A stretch of DNA of 63,764 nt, the filler included, from Octopus bimaculoides (taxonomy: Eukaryota), in NCBI RefSeq assembly GCF_001194135.2. It is 6 parts of 6 records of this genome, joined end to end, with 100 filler letters (N's around TTAATTAATTAA, not from the genome) between each part and the next. Parts side by side here need not be neighbours in the genome. Positions count along the whole stretch, not along the records: positions 44,160 to 62,571 come from NC_069000.1; positions 62,672 to 63,764 come from NC_069007.1; 4 more parts are not named here. The stretch is one strand, 5' to 3'. The position numbers were made by a program, and so were the translations under genes. The notes below the pieces were generated by a model. It searched no databases, was not told where the DNA came from, and saw nothing but the letters and a program-made list of their open reading frames with translations. Of the stretch, positions 60,101 to 63,764 are shown in pieces (the stretch's first letter is position 1; each line of letters starts with the position of its first letter).

Positions 60101-60310
60101 TATCCTGCGGGTAGTGATTTTTCTTTTCTCTGTTCGAAGTTAGGGTACTCCCGATATTGTATTGCTGGTGGCTTACAAAGTTAGGGTTAGGTCTTGTATT
60201 CTTTTTTTGATAGGGGTGATGGTTCCGAATTTTTAGACAGGTGTGAATCAGTGCTTGAGTGTTGTTTTGATTTTCTTATTTTCAGGAAAGGGTTGTTGGA
60301 AGCGTGCTCT
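57200..60310 (-). mobile_element. near full-length decayed Penelope-like element (RT plus C-terminal GIY-YIG)
   Basis: IKEADKGS.VV.MD, FYGIPKIHK...LRPII, GTAMG.RMAPSFVNL.MGYLE, WKRYLDDCF, LPFLDI...YYKPTD..QYL.FNSCHP, IYTLTCSGC..QYIGQT..L..R...HRSQI. Stops and frameshifts. About 75-bp direct repeats at 57203 and 57422 in the tail. Confidence 0.92.
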
Positions 60311-60329
60311 ATTTCAAAGATGGTTTCAA

Positions 60330-60532
60330 AACCATTTAATTCCAAGATTTATTTATGTTTAACAGCTGAATGAATTTAATAAAAGCATCTAAATATGAAG
60401 CATCATGAAAATCGTTCAAATTGAAGTCCTTCTTGAGAAAAAACATTTTTCTAAATGAATAAATAAAATTGAATATTAAGTATTTATGGAATTTTGATTT
60501 ACTGTGAGGTGACTTTTGGCAAACCCTGTATA
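60330..60532. mobile_element. Tc1/mariner-like terminal fragment
   Basis: Ends in gacttttggcaaaccctgtata (reverse complement tatacagggtttgccaaaagtc, a TACAGGG-type TIR). No partner TIR seen. Confidence 0.4.
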
Positions 60533-60642
60533 TGCATATATACAGGCATTTACATACATTCATAAACATGTTACCACATGCACATACACATACACGCATA
60601 GATATACACACATACACACACACACACACACACATATATATA

Positions 60643-60681
<39 letters not shown>

Positions 60682-61602
60682 CACATACATATATNNNNNN
60701 NNNNCATGTGCATAAATACATATGCATGCATACATAAATACATACTTGCACACACATTTACACACATACACACACGTAAGTATATATATACACACTTACA
60801 TAAATGCATACACACATACACACACGTAAGTATATATATACACACTTACATAAATGCATACACACATGCATAGCTGCCCACTCATGAGTATGTGTTCATA
60901 CCCCGCACATATGTGTATATATACACATACAAATCCACGCTCACACACATATACACACAGACTATTTATCTATTCGTTTATCTATTCATTTATTTATTTA
61001 TTTACACCTGTATATGTGTATGTGTCTATACATAAATATTTATATGTGTCTATTTACCTATTTGCTTATTCAATTGTTTTTTATACATACAAATATCTTC
61101 TATACACCTTAAAATAACTATTGCACTTACATATAATTTTCACCCCTCATATATATATTTTCTAATACAACCAAAAATACTTTTAGTAACCTTTTACTAA
61201 CATTTGAACAGACACACTTGACAACATTAATAATCATCTGACTATTAATTAATTATTTGTCTTACATTACTAATCACTTTTACACAGCCTTATCAATATC
61301 TTCACACTGGTTGAAAACTTACGTAATTCCCTCCCTTCTTGTATATTTTTCAAATGTAACTGAACAAAATTAAACATGCACCATTTTGTGTGTATGAGAG
61401 TGTGGCAGTATATGAATATATATACGTGCATGTGGGTATGTATGTATGTGTGTGTGTGTATATATATATACATACATATATCTGTGTGTGTGTGTGCCTA
61501 TTTATATATACACCTTTTGCATTCTTATAATTTATTTCCACTAAAATAAACTATATATTTCGAACAGGAATTTGGCAGCGCCACCTCTAGCTGAACAATT
61601 AT

Positions 61603-61647
61603 TCTGTGCTGATGAAGGGAAATAATCCGGAAATCGCGATACACAGA
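61603..61647 (+). ncRNA. minimal type I hammerhead ribozyme with intact core
   Basis: Stem I tctgtg/cacaga (6 bp), CTGATGA, stem II gga/tcc with a G-G mismatch at the base, GAAA, palindromic stem III atcgcgat, AUA triplet with cleavage predicted after 61641. Confidence 0.72.
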
Positions 61648-61910
61648 TATTGTTTTGAGCTGAGTGGGGGTGCTAGATTCCCTTGTTTGAAAATATAGGG
61701 ACACAGATCGTATTGTGTAGCCAGCTGGAGATGTTATCTCCTGGGGCGAAATTACAGCAACATTCATCCTAAACCAGGACTGCAGTGTTATATTGGCAAG
61801 CAATCTTTACTCCAAATGAATACATGTCAAAAACCTGTTAAGCGAAGGAAATGAAAATTAAAAATATAAAGTAAAAAATCAACATTCAGAGTTGGTGTGT
61901 ACAATATATA

Positions 61911-62571
61911 TATCAAGTCATCCCATAAGTTCTGTCCGAATTTTGAATAAAGAAAACAAGTGATTAAATGTTATAATTAATTGAATTTAATCATCAATGT
62001 ACTTTCCCTCATTATCTATGACTTCTTTCCATCTATTTACAAGCTTTTTAATCCTATCAATGTAAAACTCTTTCAGTTCCAAAGCAAAGAACTCTGAAAT
62101 GTCAGTTTTGACCTCCTCCTGGCTTGCAAAATGATTCTGTAAACTACGAAACAAATGGTAGCCTGAAGAAGCAAGGTCGGGAGAATAAGGTGGGTGAAAA
62201 TTTTTTTCCCAACCAAGCTCTTCGATCTTCTGTTATGTGATCTTTGCAGTGTGGGGTCGTGCATTGTTCTGATGAAATATCACTCATTTTCGATTCACTA
62301 AAGCATGTCTTTTTTTCTTCAAAGCTTGGTTCAAACACTCTAATTGCTGACAGTAGACTTGAGCATTGATTGTTGCATTAGGTGGTAGCAATTCAAAGTG
62401 AATTACTCCTTTGCAATCCCACCAGATAGAGAGTAGAACTTTTTTCCCATGAAGTTCCCTTCTCGGTTGTGGCTGAGCTTTTTCCCTTTTACCAAGCTAC
62501 TGTTTACGACATTTAACATTTCGATAGAAGATCCATATTTCGTCACCAGTCACAAGTCTATCCAAAAAGGG
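61911..62571 (-). mobile_element. mariner 3' half with TIR
   Basis: KVLLSIWWDCKGVIHFELLPPNATINAQVYCQQL and degraded DNARPH / YSPDLA.S.YHLFRSLQNH. TIR tatcaagtcatcccataagttctgtccg resembles the 22651 TIR. Confidence 0.88.
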
Positions 62572-63716
62572 NNNNNNNNNNNNNNNNNNNNNNNNNNNNN
62601 NNNNNNNNNNNNNNNTTAATTAATTAANNNNNNNNNNNNNNNNNNNNNNNNNNNNNNNNNNNNNNNNNNNNATTATTTTGTTTAAAAGAGTTCCAACACT
62701 GTGTTTTTTATGTCTTATTTATATTCCTGCAAAACCAATGTGGGATATAGAATATGGAATATACAATATATAATATAATATACAATATATAATTTAAAAT
62801 AAAAATGGATGGTACAATGAAATAAAGTATTGAATGTCTTATTGAATATATGGAATATGTCTTATTGAATAGATGAAATATTGAGTGTTCAATATAAAGG
62901 ATTAAATATATAAAGGCGAATACGTATTTTCTATACCTTGTGGTATTTCATCATGGCCGGTATGACAGACTTTAATATATATATATATGCACATTCACAC
63001 ACACACACACACACACATACATATAATACAATTAAGAAAAATGGAAAATGAATTTAGCTCATCTTTATTATTAATTACAATAATGAAGTAATTATAAATT
63101 TGTGCTAAATTTTAGACTTTGTCTTCTTATTTCTGATACATGTTACTCTTCGTAAACCCAGGCATTGCTTTTGCTTGTGATAGGCCTGAAGTTTCTGCAC
63201 CAGTGGACTTTCAATTTTGCTCAAGGCTTCAATTCAAGAGTGTAGATATCTAGGCAGTTGGATTGAGTACTGCATTGGACAAGCAATGATTTTCTCACCT
63301 TTCAGAACCTACACTACATGTTCAAATATATATATACATGCACACATATTTATATGTATATTCTAAATATATTTATGTGGAGAATGGAGCAACAAATACA
63401 AGGAGAAGCAATTCTGTTGGACTAGTTAGCTGTTGTTTTATTGTGTAGAGGTTATGTAGTGAGTCATTGTGAATGTTATGTAATAGTCATTTACGTATAT
63501 TCTAAATATATATACATGTATATGTATGTATGTATATATATGGGTGAAAATGACTGAAACAAATCAATGAATTTTTCGCCATGTTGGACCAATGAACTCA
63601 ACATGATTTTTTTCATTCTCTCTCTGTTTATTTCCTCTTAATTTTTTCTGTTGAAACTAATACACCTGCTTGTTGTTCCTACACCTGTCTTCATTTTTGT
63701 TTTTCTATAGAATTTG

Positions 63717-63764
<48 letters not shown>

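Noticed and set aside
61575-61593. CTCF-like cagcgccacctctagctg
   Set aside because: Only the AGCGCCACCT half matches and spacing to the rest of the consensus is off; it probably lies within a repeat.

Overview
AT-rich, microsatellite- and TE-dense animal genomic DNA. The SINE repertoire suggests an Octopus genome (inference). The assembly is fragmented: many N gaps and five artificial N44-TTAATTAATTAA-N44 joins, so long-range contiguity is uncertain. Host coding content is limited. It consists of a 5'-incomplete 724-codon exon (33505-35679, +) with about 30 PEVK-like PVEAPEEK octapeptide repeats, an acidic middle and a basic Ser/Lys tail, plus the last exons of an SLC6 Na/Cl-dependent transporter (44659-44759, 46834-47001, 49814-50020, possibly 50341-50394). 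The rest is decayed mobile DNA: mariner D34D and maT D37D elements, a Buster/Charlie hAT, R4/Dong-like and RTE LINE fragments, a CCHC ORF1, several Penelope-like elements (PLEs), tRNA-derived SINEs, a MITE with 111-bp TIRs and an 8-bp TSD, and a foldback. The most interesting signal is a set of minimal type I hammerhead-ribozyme motifs, each with a different palindromic stem III. One sits in a compact element with a tRNA-like head and a PLE-style inverted terminus (31014-31290), a candidate PLE-mobilised, ribozyme-bearing SINE. All assignments come from manual motif reading; no searches were run.
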